Source: Macrostomum lignano (lineage: Eukaryota). From it: 64,000 nt of DNA. Position numbers and translations under genes: made by a program. The DNA is taken from the NCBI GenBank assembly GCA_002269645.1, contig NIVC01002112.1, positions 124,001-188,000 on the forward strand, read 5' to 3'. The notes below the pieces were generated by a model that did not search any database, was not told the origin of the DNA, and worked only from the letters and a program-made list of their open reading frames with translations. Of this stretch, positions 1-34,640 are shown piece by piece. Positions within the stretch are counted from its first letter, which is position 1, and each line of letters starts with the position of its first letter.

Positions 1-499
1 ACAGTAATTGATATGATCTAAAAGAAAATGAAACAAACTTTAAATAAAATACAACAAAACACATGTATATATCTGCATGTGTTTAACTTCTTTATTTAAA
101 AGTTTTTTTACCAATCTATTATAATTTCTGGTCTGGATAAGTCAGATGCATGCACCAAGCATCCTGTAATTGACCAAATATTATGTACATTAGAATCTCT
201 GAGTTAGCAAATAGCAACATAAAATTATAGAATCTACTTTTTTCATTAATTACTTTAAATATCTAATTTCAATATATATGCTTTGCGTAATTTTCTTTGC
301 CTTCAAATTTATCACAAAATTATTGTGCATGTTTCAACAAATTATAATATAGTTTACCTAGAAAATTTAACCATATATATAGAAATATATATATAATATA
401 TATGGCTAAAATATTATTATATTACAAATTTGAATAGCTTTTCTTTTCTTGAATTAGTTTGATATTTGGCTAATGCGAGTATTTGTGAGTATTTGCAAC

Positions 500-1090
500 T
501 TTAGGACTATGAAATAAAGTGAAAAGAATATGAAAATGAAAATTTTACTACACAGCTATATGAAAATATAATAGAGTAACATGTTGTGCATGCTAAATTA
601 AAAAAATGGTAGTCTTCACTGCCCCAGATCAAATACAATCACTGATTTTGTGATGAAAAACTGATCCCTATTGCAGCGCATGGCTTAAGTACGCCAGACG
701 CCTACACAACCTGCGCCACGCTGTGAAATGACTTACCTGTGAAAGAAACCCTAAAGCAAAATTAACGCAGTTTTGGGTAAACGGCAGGAGTAACTATGAC
801 TGTCTTATCGAGCCTAAATGCCTCGGCATCTAATTAGTACCGCGCCGCGCCGTACTAATCGCCGCGCGCCGTACGCGCCGCGCCGCGCCGTATTAGATCC
901 GCGCCGGACGCCGTCCGCCAAAATGCCCATGCGCTGCAATCAGGAAACTGATTTTTTCCTATCTTTGCAGTGTATTTTTTCCAGGACATTGTGGCCTCCA
1001 AAAAATTGCAAAATCTTTGAGTTTTACGTCCTATTAGTCTAGCAGTCCTTGACATAAGCATAGAGGATCCTCCTTTTAAAATGCCCATTT
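500..1090. repeat. Diverged interspersed repeat, copy A (interrupted by a MITE at 666-944); homologous to 62160-62470
   Basis: Shared blocks in the same orientation. gtgcatgctaaattaaa...ctgccccagatcaaat.caa.ca.tgatttt occurs at 586 and 62253; gtggcctccaaaaa...atctt.gagtttt.cgtc occurs at 991 and 62379. Ends are approximate. Confidence 0.75.
666..944. mobile_element. 279-bp MITE-like element, 18-bp TIRs, 8-bp TSD
   Basis: Left end ccctattgcagcgcatgg vs reverse complement of right end cctgattgcagcgcatgg (16/18). Flanked by direct repeat aaactgat (658-665, 945-952). Empty site visible in the paralogous repeat near 62322-62345. Confidence 0.8.
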
Positions 1091-2847
1091 AAAAAGCATA
1101 GAGAAATATTCACTGAATTTAGATAATGCATATATACAAAAAATGCAACTCTATAATAGTAAAGGAATAAAATAAAACAAGACAACACTACCATTTCAGC
1201 AATCTTGTGAAGTTTTAAGTTTTATATTATGTAAGATTGGCAAGATAATTTTCTATTTAAAACCATAATGGCAAAATACCAAAAAGGTCTTTTTATTATC
1301 ATCAAAATGACTATAATCAATTTTGAAGATAGGTCTACCTTTATCTTGTTTGGTTGATAAGACCTTATCCTATATATGACTAATATAATGAGTCATTATA
1401 TTAGGCTTACTTGTTAATATATATAAAGCCCTTGTCCAGAGATAGTTAGAACAATGACAGTTAGCTGTGCCATGCTATAACCAGTCTATATCTATAGGCC
1501 CATTGACCAGGTGACCTAGCTAGGCCACTCTTTTTACACACACAACTGCAGCCACAACCTTAACCTTAGCAACCACAGCCACAGCTTCAATAGCCATAGA
1601 CACAGTTGCAGCCACAGCCTTAGCTATAACCATAACCTTAGATGCAGCCTTAGCATTAGTAACCATATATCCGCAATTGCAGATAAAGCTTAGCCATTAG
1701 CCACAGGTGCAGTCTCAGCCTTGTACCCTATGCAAGTCTATTCAAATTCTGCTCTTGATTTAAGTAGATAGTGGTAACTCTGTTCCAATTACCTGTCTAG
1801 CACTTTTGGTGGAACCAGCAGTTATACTTGTCACACTCAATGGCAGATGCTAGTAGACTATGAGGCTAAAATGGTATTGGCAATACCATTTATTACATTT
1901 CATTGGCAACTAGCTGATAAAGATATCTGTAATATGCAATCTGTTAATGAGAATGCAAAGCATTGAAAATTGTGCATATATACTGGATACTATAGTAGTG
2001 CTAGTACTACCAGACAAAACTATATCAAGGACAACTTAAATAGAAGGATGGGAAACCTTGTTTCTTGGACAATTTTGAAGGCAGTCTTTTCCAAAAAAAA
2101 TCCACTATGGAGATAGGAATTTTTTATTTTTTGAGCACAAAAATTGTTATTGCTTTTGATAGGAGGCAGAGCTAGTGTTTATCTTTTGATATGTTGTGCC
2201 TTTCTTATTTCTCAATCGATATTCATAAAGCTTTTTGTTCAAAGAATTAGGATTCTATGTTAATTTTTATTTACATACATTTGCACTTATATTGTGCCTA
2301 AAAACCATTAAAATGGCACGGCTCAGCTCTTTGGTTTTATGAGTCTATTTTAGCATTCTTAGCTGACTGTGTAACAAATATTTGTAACAGATATGATAAA
2401 ATAGATTCATAAAACCAAAGATTGGAGCTGTGCCATGCATTTTTATGATTTTTAGGTACAGAAAATGTACACAGAATAAAAAATATTCCCTATTCACATA
2501 TTCCCTATTCAGATATCCACAAATCTATTGCTTAAGTCCCTTAAGATACAGCGACTCTAGCACGCCTCAGATCCGACTCCATGGCCCCATAGTCACTACA
2601 GAAGCATCTTAGAGTCGCAGACAATAAAGCACCTCAAATAAACTTTTAGGCGACTCTTTGACAACTCGACTTAACTTTAGGACGCTTCTTGGCCTAGTTA
2701 CCGTTTTCAGCGGGGATTGTATGCTAGGAGAAATTTGCTTATATTAAGATTCATCACTAACTTCAAAGGTTGCTATACTATATATTGACTTTGTTTTTGA
2801 ATTTGCAGGCCTTGGCTGGCGGCCAGCTTGGCCACCAATCCAGTTGC

Positions 2848-5800
2848 ATGAATCGTCACCCGGCGTCCACGGCTTATTCGCCAGTCCATTATCCTGGCGT
2901 AGCATCCGCCTATGTCCAGCCCGAGCTCACTAGCAATCCTGTGGTTGGCCAGGGCCTCGGCTTCGACTATGGCCCAGTTAGTAGCAGTGCCGGCTATCCA
3001 TTTAGCTCAGCCGGCTATCTTGTTAGCTCGGCCGGCTATACCATCGCTGTGAGCAGCTCGGCAGGCTATCCCATTAGTAGCGCCTATAATCTGTCCACTC
3101 TATGGCCCATAGCCACCTCCCAGCCACAGCCGCCTATCTCTAGTGCAGCCGCCTCAGTCGCTGTCTCGGCCGCTTTGTACTATAGCGGTATTGTTGCCAG
3201 TTCTGGGGCTCCGTCGCCAATGTCTGCTCCTGCAATGCACTCCCAATTTGTCCGACAGCAGCAGCAGCATCTGATTCCGGAATCGTCTGTTTACCGCAGT
3301 CTGCCATTAAGCAGCAATAGTAGCGTCATTGTCAGCTCCAACACTAGTAGCCATGCTAATAATAATTATCCTAGATTGAGCTACACTATGGCGGGCCCGG
3401 CAACTACTCAGCAATACCAGGTGTCTTACACGGCTAATAATCCTAGAATGTACGCGGCATTTCCGCCGCCAACTAGTCAGGGTTTTCGTCAGGCGGCTAT
3501 TCGAACTGAGGAAGACGATTCGATGCCAAATGGAGGCGGCCCGGTTGGCAAGCCGAAAACTCCCATGGCGCAGTTGAACGACATCGCCAAGCACAACCGG
3601 GTGTCAGCGCAGTACATTCTAGTTGACGAACAGGGACCGGCGCATAAGAAGACTTTCTTTATTAAACTGCGTCTTGGCACTGAGGAGTATCAGGTTAGCG
3701 CAGGCAAAGTAAAGCAATTTTTTGTTAATCATATACTACATAGATAAGGATTACCAGTAGAAGCTTAAGCGGTAACTCTACCGATACTCTGGCGCTCCTG
3801 GACCGGATTCCATTGCCTATGAGGGCCAACCGCTCAAGGCACAGACAGGGTGTACATGCCTGACGATTTAGAGAGTCAGTGCCGCTCGTACACCCTTGGA
3901 GCAGGTGTATGGATAAGTGCGTGCCTGCGTACAGTATTAGTTCTTTTTTAGTACAGTATTACAGGCAGGTGGCTGTGTGCACCCTGGCGCACATTGCTGC
4001 CCATTCCGCCGACTCCCCTGAGCAGGCACACACTCACACATTAGTGTACAGCGGCCCTAACTTTATTTATCGTTAGGCATGTACACTTCACTGTGCCTGG
4101 CCTTCAAGGCCCTTAATTGCGCGAGCAGAGCCAAGCCGAGATTCCAATTTAGCCCCAAAATTAATGTGACTGCACTTGGAATCGAGCATGGGCCGCTGGC
4201 ACATCAGAGCGCCGCGCAAATGGAGCAGAATTGCCTCACTGCTGGTTATGTAACGATATGGGATGGTGTCCGCAATTTTTATATATTACATACTCTCCCC
4301 CGCCGCAGGCGTCGGGCCTCAGCATCAAGAAGGCGCAACACTCCGCAGCCGAGCGCGCACTCGAAGCCACCGGCTATGCCCGGCCGACGCTGCGCGACCT
4401 ACGCGAGCTGGCTAAACGACGTCGCGAGCTGCGCGCCCTCGGACCGCCGCCAACCCACGAGCTGGACGCCTTAGCCAGACGCCTCGGCGAGACAGTCCGC
4501 TACGAGAGCCTGGTCGCCGCCGCCAGCGACCACCCAGCAGCTGCTGGCCTCGTCTCCGTTCGCCTGACAGTCGGCGATCGCCAATTCACAGCTGACGGGC
4601 CCAGTTTGCATTTTGCCCGCCAAAACGCCGCAGTTAATGCGTTGCGATTGTTAAAGCAGCTGTCGTCATCGGAATCGGCATCTAAAGCCGAAGAGCAGCA
4701 GCAGCAGCATCAATGCCAGAAGCCCTTAGCAACCGTTGCTAATGGCAACAATTCGGACGCCGAATGCGACGGTGTCGGAGGCCACGCCGACGAGGACGTA
4801 GACAACAATAGCGAGCGGCCGCCGGCGAACAAGTCGGACGTGTCGCTGCTGTATGAGGTGGCCAATAAGCGTCGCTGGCAGGTGGAATTCTATCTAGAGA
4901 CGGAGAACGGGCCGGCCCATATGAAAACATTTCGTTACACCTGCCGAGTTGACGACTTGGTCTGCCAGGCCGAGGGTAAAAGCAAGATGACGGCTAAGAA
5001 AACTTGCGCCACTAAAATGCTGGAATTGGTGCGGGACAAGCTGGGAGAGGAGGCCTACAATCAGACTGTGGCTATGAAATCCAAGAGCTACTATGCTAAA
5101 GCATTTGATAGTAAAAAGAAGACTAAAAATGTTATTAAAGAGCAGAAAGCTGATCCTCAGTATGGAAATCAGGTGCGTTTATTACTGCGTGCGTGTTGTT
5201 TACAGACTGAACTCACCAAAACATTTTTCACTATCCATATCCAATACTATTGGCCTTTCTAAAATTCCCCTAAATTGTATCCACCCTTGAATGAACTGTT
5301 TCCAAGAATCGCCCTTAAACTGTTTCTAAAGAATCGCCCCTGATTGTTTCCAAGAATCGCCCCTGAACTGTTTCCAAGAATCGCCCCTGATTGTTTCCAA
5401 GAATCGCCCCTGAACTGTTTCCAAGAATCGCCCCTGATTGTTTCCAAGAATCGCCCCTGAATGTTTCCAAGAATCGCCCCTGATTGTTTCCAAGAATCGC
5501 CCCTGATTGTTTCCAAGAATCGCCCCTGAACTGTTTCCAAGAATCGCCCCTGATTGTTTCCAAGAATCGCCCCTGATTATTTTCAAGAATTGCCCCTGAA
5601 TTGTTTCCAAGAATCGCCCCTGATTGTTTCCAAGAATCGCCCCTGAACTGTTTCCAAGAATCGCCCCTGATTGTTTCCAAGAATCGCCCCTGATTATTTT
5701 CAAGAATTGCCCCTGAATGGTTTCCAAGAATTGCCCCTGGATTGTTTCCAAGAATCGCCCTTGGAGTGTTTCCAAGAATCGCCTTTGGAGTGTTTCCAAG

Positions 5801-8302
5801 AATTGCCCCTGAATTGTTTCCAAGAATCGCCCTTGGACTGTTTCTAAGAATTGCCCCAAACTTTCCCAAGAATTACCCCAAACTGTTTCCAAAAATCACT
5901 CACTAAACTGTTTCCAAGAATTGCCCATTAACTGTTTCCAAGAATCGCCCACTAAACTGTTTCCAGGAATTGCCTACTAAACTCTTTCCAAGAATCGCCC
6001 ACTAAACTGTTTCCAGGAATTGCCTACTAAACTGTTTCCAAGAATTGCCCCTGAACTGTTTCCAAGAATCGCCTTAACACTAAACAGTTTCTAAGAATCA
6101 CCCTTATGTTTTCGGTCAATAAAATAGCTTCCTTAATTAACCGTTTCCAAGAATCGTCCTTTACTTAAATTTGAGTTCACAATGCTCAATCGCCATCCTG
6201 CAGGTAAATCCAATCAGTCGCCTAATACAGATAACCCAGGCCCGCAAGCAGAAAGACCCGGTGTACTCTCTGTCGCTGGACCGGCCCACCATAGGCTACA
6301 GCAGGCACAGAGAATACCACATCGACTGCGTGCTGCCCAGTACAGGCGAGCGAACCCAGGGCGTCGGGCCAAATAAGAAGCTGGCTAAGCGAGTGGCAGC
6401 CGAGGCAATGCTGGAGCTCATGGGCTACCGCCGCATTGAGCCCGCCGTGCCGCGAAAATCGGCCCTCAAGTCGGGATTGGCTCGCGCCGCTCACCAATCT
6501 CAGTCGGCTTCGCCAGCAGCCGACAGTGCGAACGCCGCTTCCGACTCCGCCGCCGTAGCGGCCGCATCCGCCGCTGTTGCCGCCGCTGCTGCCGCAACTT
6601 CTCAGACTCCGAGCAAGAAGGTCATCATAGCGTCCGCTAGGGGCACCCTTGGCGGCGAGTCGCTGCCGCCGCTGCCCGACCACACGGACTTGCCTATCGA
6701 GACTCTGGGCCTCATTGCTCACGAGCTGCTCACCGAGGGCCAGTCGCTAACAGCCGAAACCATTAACCCAGGCGCCGCCTGTCTGAGAGGTCGCCACCGG
6801 CCCAAGGCTCAGCTGCTCTACCTGTGCGAGGCTGCCGGCTGTTCAGTGGAATTTGCCGACTCCGCTAGGCAGCAGGAGCACGGCCGGACTGTGTACAGCT
6901 CCAGGGTGCTGGTTGGGGTGCAGGTGAGAGATGAGATTTCTTCGGGCTAAGTTCAACAATGACCTAGGCCGCAGCCCTCTTGTATCCCAAAGATCCATCA
7001 GGCACCCTTCCGAAATCCCAAAGGAACATCAGGCACCCTTCCAAATCCCAAAGATCCATCAGTTGCCCTTCCAGATCCCAAAGATCAATCAGTCACCCTT
7101 CCAGATCCCAAAGATCCATCAGTTGCCCTTCCAGATCCCAAAGATCCATCAGCCACCCTCCCAGATCCCAAAGATCCATCAGGCACCCTTCCGAAATCCC
7201 AAAGAAACATCAGTCACCCTTCCAAATCCCAAAGATCCATCAGCCACCCTTCCAGATCCCAAAGATCCATCAGTTGCCCTTCCAGATCCCAAAGATCCAT
7301 CAGCCACCCTTCCCAAATCCCAAAGATCCAGCAGTTACCCTTCCAGATCACAAAGATCCATCAGTTACCCTTCCAGATCCCAAAGATCCATCAGTTACCC
7401 TTCCAAATCCCAAAGATCCATCAGCCACCCTTCCAAATCCCAAAGATCCATCAGCCACCCTTCCCAAATCCCAAAGATCCAGCAGTTACCCTTCCAGATC
7501 CCAAAGATCCAGCAGTTACCCTTCCAGATCCCAAAGATCCTCCAGTTACCCTTCCAGATCCCAAAGATCCGTCAGTTGCCATTCCAAATCCCAAAGATCC
7601 ATCAGTCACCCTTCCAAATCCCAAAGATCCATCAGCGACCATCCCAGATCCCCATACATCCATCAGTTGCCCTTCCAGATCCCAAAGATCAATCAGCCAC
7701 CCTCCCAGATCCCAAAGATCCATCAGCCACCCACCCTGATCCCAAAGATCCATCAGCCACCCACCCTGATCCCAAAGATCTATCAGCCACCCTCCCAGAT
7801 CCCAAAGATCCTTCAGTTTCACCCTTCCAAATCCCAAAGATCCTTCAGTTTCACCCTTCCAAATCCCAAAGATCCTTCAGTTTCACCCTCCCAGATCCCA
7901 AAGATCCTTCAGTTTCACCCTTCCAAATCCCAAAGATCCTTCAGTTTCACCCTTCCAAATCCCAAAGATCCTTCAGTTTCACCCTTCCAGATCCCAAAGA
8001 TCCTTCAGTTTCACCCTTCCAGATCCCAAAGATCCTTCAGTTTCACCCTTCCAAATCCATCCGCACACTTTGCATCCAAGTACTTCATGACTAACAAATC
8101 TGCTTATCCTTCCTCGCCGCAGGGCCGCCTGCCCGATCTGTGCGCCGAGAGCGACAGCGTCGAGCGGGCCCACGATGCAGCCGCTTCGCTCGCACTAGAG
8201 AAGCTGGCTGAGCTGTCTTTGAACTCGACTATGCAGCAGCCGCAAGTGGCTGCTGCTAATGAGTTGAATGAGTGCGGCCCAGCCAGTGTGCCAGCTGTGT
8301 AA
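2848..8302 (+). CDS. stau: Staufen dsRNA-binding protein; join(2848..3693,4309..5172,6204..6923,8123..8302), ~869 aa; an upstream exon is possible (acceptor at 2807-2808)
   Basis: Five dsRBDs in Staufen order: KTPMAQLNDIAKHNR..GPAHKKTF..YQ|ASGLSIKKAQHSAA; PTHELDALARRLGE; NKSDVSLLYEVANKR..GPAHMKTF; Q|VNPISRLIQITQARKQKDPVY..GPNKKLAKRVAAE; then the swapping-motif-like IAHELLTEGQSLTAETI and dsRBD5 ..ERAHDAAASLALEKLAEL. All three introns are GT-AG, phase 0. Confidence 0.95.
3822..4113. mobile_element. ~290-bp element with ~45-bp imperfect terminal inverted repeats in Staufen intron 1 (MITE-like)
   Basis: 3822-3867 agggcc-N8-aaggcacag..gtgtacatgcctgacgat vs reverse complement of 4069-4113 agggcc-N8-caggcacag..gtgtacatgcctaacgat. 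No clear TSD. Confidence 0.6.
5296..6100. repeat. Minisatellite, 23-24-bp unit (tgtttccaagaatcgcccctga[ac/t]), Staufen intron 2
   Basis: Direct inspection; explains ORFs 5259-5892. Confidence 0.95.
6985..8060. repeat. Minisatellite, ~30-bp unit (cccaaagatccatcagtcacccttccagat), Staufen intron 3
   Basis: Direct inspection; explains ORFs 6931-8094, 7451-7837 and most of 6980-8302. Confidence 0.95.
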
Positions 8303-9149
8303 TTTACTTGCATTACACTGTAGAATAGGGCGCAGTGAAACTTGTCATTATTATTTAGTCTATTATTGGTCTTTACAGTTTTTTTTGTTTTATATGTGAT
8401 AAACTGTGCCGCAAAATCGTGTTTTTTATTGGTAGATTCAAAGCAATTTGTAGTTTTCATTTCTTATATAAAATCTGAGCAAAGTTCAACAGAGAAGGCA
8501 TGGCTGACATTTCATTTGGAGATTTTATAGATCTTAGTGATTAGATATGTTGTGTACTTTTAGTTTGTCTAACATGACCAGATTGGAATCTCTAGTGAGT
8601 TGTCTTTGTAATCGTTACAATTCAAAATTGACAGTGTTGGTTGCCTAAGGAACAGCCCTAATTTGTTGTGTAACAATTTTTATTGATTGCGGTATTGATG
8701 TAGCAATTAATATGGATTTCTGTAATTATTGTAACAATTTCTGCTCTCTTTCCCTTCTTTAAAATGTTATTTTTAATTTATCATTGTGAAAGAAATGTTT
8801 CTTTTTTAAATAATTCGTACCTACTAACAGTAGCAGTGCGCGCACGCATCTGTGTATTGAGTTTTTTGTTTTGCGTTAACCAATTGTATACAATTGAAGC
8901 CGTGAATTTGATTGCGGATATGAGAGATTTACTAAACTAAACATTTTGCATCATCAATATGATATGTAGAACTCAGCAAGCGCTTCTCGACTGCGTGATA
9001 GATAATACAGTGACTATTTGCTGAAAAGAAATTAATGTACTTAACTTTTGTTCTTAATGTTTTGTTTATTTTTTGGGGCTAATTTATGATGAATAATCGT
9101 TTCTTTGATAATCTTGATTTGAAAGATAATCTTTCTGTTATCAGCTTCC

Positions 9150-9590
9150 TCGGATGAACTCTACCCCTAAAGTACACTAGCTTCAGACCGACCCCAACTG
9201 TGCACTCTCCCCGATAAACTCTACCCCTAATGTACACTAGCTTCAGACCGACCCCAACTGTACACTTTCCCTGATAATTTCTACCCCTAATGTACACTGG
9301 CTTCAGACCGACCCCAACTGTACACTCTCCCTGATAAACTCTACCCCTAATGTACACTAGCTCAGACCGACCCCAACTGTACACTCTCCCTGATAAACTC
9401 TACCCCTAATGTACACTAGCTCAGACCGACCCTAACTGTACACTTTCCCTGATAAACTCTAGCCCTAATGTACACTAGCTTCAGACCGACCCCAACTGTA
9501 CATTTTCTCTGATAAACTCTAGCCCTAATGTACACTAGCTTCAGACCGACCCCAACTGTACATTTTCTCTGATAAACTCTAGCCCTTAAC
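9150..9590. repeat. Minisatellite, 59-60-bp unit, ~7 copies, between Staufen and Dpr-like 3' ends
   Basis: Unit ctctacccctaatgtacactagcttcagaccgaccccaactgtacactctccctgataaa. Confidence 0.95.
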
Positions 9591-10866
9591 GCACCCCACT
9601 ATTCTGCATACAAAGTGAACAACTGAAGTACAAGAAGACGATTTTGACTAAAGAAGTATTTCTTTATATATGATCAATAAGCTTAACAAAAATGTATAGC
9701 AGATACATATGTACAATGTACATTGTACAATGCAAATTAATAAATCGCTGGAGATTATCATTATCGTAAATCATAAGTTTATCGAAGGGAGGTATCATTC
9801 GCAGTGTGATACACGCATATAAAATATGAAGTAGCATTGTAGCCATTCAAGTGACCGCTATATATTCTAAATAAAATAGATAGATATTATAAGCGCGCTC
9901 GCACGTGTTGCATCGGTACTCGCATCAAAGAAAATGATTGCAAATGATAATGAGTAAGTTGTGTTTAACTTGGGCTTTTAAATGCAAGAGAATGAGAACA
10001 TTTTTAAACAGACTGCTCAATTCAGCTTCCCAGATGAGGCTTTGGCAACACCGGTGTGTGTGTGTGTGTGCAGTGATTACAAACCAAACTTTACTCAGTA
10101 AAATACTCGTAATAATTATCGAGAGAAAAAAATGAAAATTTGTCGAAAACTTTTCGGTGACCGCAATCAATATGCAGAGTGAAAACTGGTCAATGGAAAT
10201 CCTAATCTAGCTGCACAGATCTTGCAGAAATTAATAAGTAAGATCACTTGTACACTGATTTGACTCTAATTAGACAGCCTTGCAGATTGTAATCAATGCC
10301 CGCAAAGTGGTTTAAACTCGCGCCAAATCTTTTTCTCAAATTCGCTTCACTATATACACCGTAAATCTGCATTCGTTACTAACGAGGTTAATCATATTAG
10401 CACTGCGTAATTCGCTCGTTAATTCGACCTATTAGAATTTCTAGCCCAGCAATATTAAGTTCCTTAAGATAAATTTTCGTTTTTTGGCGCGAGTTTAAGC
10501 GTCAAAATTCGTTTCCTAGAAAATCCATTCATAAATTCTAATCGAGTCCTAAATACTTATATACTCGTACAATATAATTCAACAAATTTTAATTGATGAC
10601 GGTGCTTGTCTATACGATCAGGGTGGTTGTGTTAAAGCAATAATTATGACTGCATGGACATATGTGCCGGTAAATTAAAGCAGTTATAAGCGGCACAACC
10701 ATTGAGAATCGCCACTTGTCACCTCCTGTTCGTCAGCGCTCGATCGTGTTAGAAAATTTGCCAGAATTAACAGCTGCCTCGAGGTGGGAAATCTTACTGC
10801 TTCAGCTGAACTGTTTACTTCTAGAAGAAGCAATTTGAATAATCCTCTGGCAAAGCAAGTAGTTGG

Positions 10867-22353
<11,487 letters not shown>

Positions 22354-24039
22354 CGTCTTGTCGAGTTATCTCAACGCTTCAAATGTAGCAAATTAGAACC
22401 AGGGGTGGGATGAGAACTGCTCCGCGCTTGAGCAGAATTGCGAGAAGGTCTGCCTATGCGTGACTTAGCTGCAATCTCTAAAGTTTTTTATGGTTGCTCT
22501 GGTGGGGAGGGGGGTGGGGGGGTCTGCACCGGGCCGGCCAATGACGGGACCACGGTATATCTAGCACGGTATATCTATCTAGTGCGATTCTCACCTGACG
22601 AATCTATTGTATCAAATCTAACTCTCTTTCTCTCCGTTTCTTTACACACGGCGAGTGTCTTAAAGGCTTTTAGATCTCAGAAAATGAAGATGAAGCTGAG
22701 ACAATTGTTTTGCATTATTTTTTCTTGGCGCTGCCCATTGCACCGCTGCTATTGAACTATTTTTAGCCCGAGAGGGTCTCTATACTGAAGACTCAAATTT
22801 TTTGACATTTCATATGCCACATATGCTAGAGGCATTGTAGCAACCACAAGGGGCAGTTGTGAGAGGTTTTTAACTGTTTTTTTTAACTTCATATTTTCTT
22901 TGCAGCTAGAAATAGGCCTTCATCATCATTTGGTTCAGAGTTGTTTAAACTAAACTAGCACTGAATGCGAGCTTAGCGCTTTTTCGCTGCGGTCTTTACC
23001 ACAGCGCGAGACCAGACAGACACGCGGTCTCATGGCGCCCACAGGCTAGTATGGCGCCCCCATAGTATGGCGCCCTCATAGTATGGCGCTCCCACACTAT
23101 GGCACCCCTTTGTTCTTTATATGGATTAATAAACCTTTCTTAGTAAGTATTTAACAAATAACTTTTCTCCGAAATAAAAATATGCAGAAATCATCTATTA
23201 CCACCTTGTCCATAGCTTATTCATATACGAAATACTTTTCTTACTTTTTTACTTCTTTGTTCGTTTTTAAATCTGTTAAAATCCAAAAAAATTACTGATA
23301 GATTCGTTTTCAGTAGTTTATAAGCGTTTTATCAGTAGCTTAATCAATTTACTCATTATATCAGTAGTAACCCTGTTAATGTTCGGCAAAACTACTGATT
23401 GAAATTAGTTTTCAGTAGTTGATAAGCACTTTAGTAACGTAATAATAAAATTTTGAATTCCAAATTCCGATAACTTTGTTATTTATTATTTCACAGCACA
23501 GCTACGAGCTGCATAAGTGTCCAAGAATGGCTTGCCATTAATTATATTTTTTATTTTGATCTAAAGTACACTGTACCCTCGTTTTATTGTAATTTTTCAG
23601 CTCAATCTTAGCCAAGCAAAATTGTTATTGATAGTTCTGTCTCCTACTGAACTAAAATTTGTTTAAAAAGTTTTTGTTGCTTTGAAAAGTAGTAGCTAAA
23701 TAAGCTTTAAAAATGAGAAAGATTATCAAGTTTTAACAAATCGATATCAAGTCTACAGTCGCCTGTCAATCACGCGGTGCCACTCGCGGTCACTGTATTG
23801 CTTCAGTACTCTTACGTAATCGATAGCCGATTAAACTAGACGAGACTCCCCTGGTTCAATCAGCCAGATTCTTTGGCATTGAAGTCGAAAAGCTTTGTGT
23901 TTAATTTTGAGACTAGAGTAACTCGTATGATGTACCTTAAAGTATAGGCATGCCTCTTAAGGTTTGAAAAGGCTTAAATTGGTGTTAGAAAGCTGCTGGT
24001 TGGATTTCATTGTAATGCATACAAATCTTTAGTTAGCAG

Positions 24040-24330
24040 TTTTCTTTTTTGTGTTTTTTTGCTTTGTGTTTTGCAGTTTTGTGATCGGTAGTATTTTGTG
24101 ATTTTTTGTTTTGTGTTTTGCAGTTTTGTGATCGGTAGTATTTTGTGATTTTTTGTTTTGTGTTTTGCAGTTTTGTGATCGGTAGTATTTTGTGATTTTT
24201 TGTTTTGCAGCTTTGTGATCGGTAGTATTTTGTGATTTGTTGTTTTGCAGCATTGCGATTACGGTAGTTATTTTGTGATTTTCTGTTTTATGTTTTGTGA
24301 TTACGGTAGTTACTTTGTGATTTTTTTTAG
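24040..24330. repeat. 47-bp T-rich minisatellite, degenerating rightwards
   Basis: Unit ttttgtgatcggtagtattttgtgattttttgttttgtgttttgcag. Confidence 0.9.
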
Positions 24331-25038
24331 TTTCGTATTGCAATACTTTAGTGTTTCCTTAAACTTTTATTTTGAATTTTGCATTGTGTTGCATTGTGTT
24401 TGTATTGTGATTTATTGTTTTGTGTTTTTTGTGCTGTTGCCTTGTTGTTTTCTGTTTTGTTTCTTTTGTACGTCGTATTTAGCTATTTTTGCCCCAGTTG
24501 CATTTTTGTCTTTCAGTTGGCTGTTTTCTTGCGGTTGGTGCTTCAATTTATAAAAATAATTTGCGTAGCTGTCTATTTGTTTTAATCTAATTTCTCGTGT
24601 TTAACTTAATTAATCGAATTAAGATTAAGGAAAGTTGGTATAAATACGACAATTAGATAATTTTATTCAAGATTTCATTGACTATTTTGTATTCGAGGGG
24701 TACAACAGCAGTGCGGATCACAGAGCTAACAAAGCAATTTGCATGTACATTAAACATCAATAGGACAACATCTGAAGAGTGTAAATCAGCAGTGGTTGTT
24801 TATTTTTTGTTATTGACAACAGGAAGCTGAATTATTAAATGTGTACAAGTTACGTAATGTAGTTGAATATTATAGCCAAGAATTAACGATTCCCAATTAT
24901 AAATAGAACGACAATAGAAACATTGTGCTTCACAAACTTAATTACGCAACATGTCGATAGTCTAGCGTATAGAATTTGTGCCACTGGCAAAACATTGCTC
25001 ATCTTCTGCTTAATCTCTCGCCTACCCAGCTGTGTGCG

Positions 25039-34640
<9,602 letters not shown>

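Noticed and set aside
1540-1730. Ala/Thr/Leu-rich reading frame (gccaca/gcctta periodicity)
   Set aside because: Degenerate hexamer repeat with no start codon or splice context.
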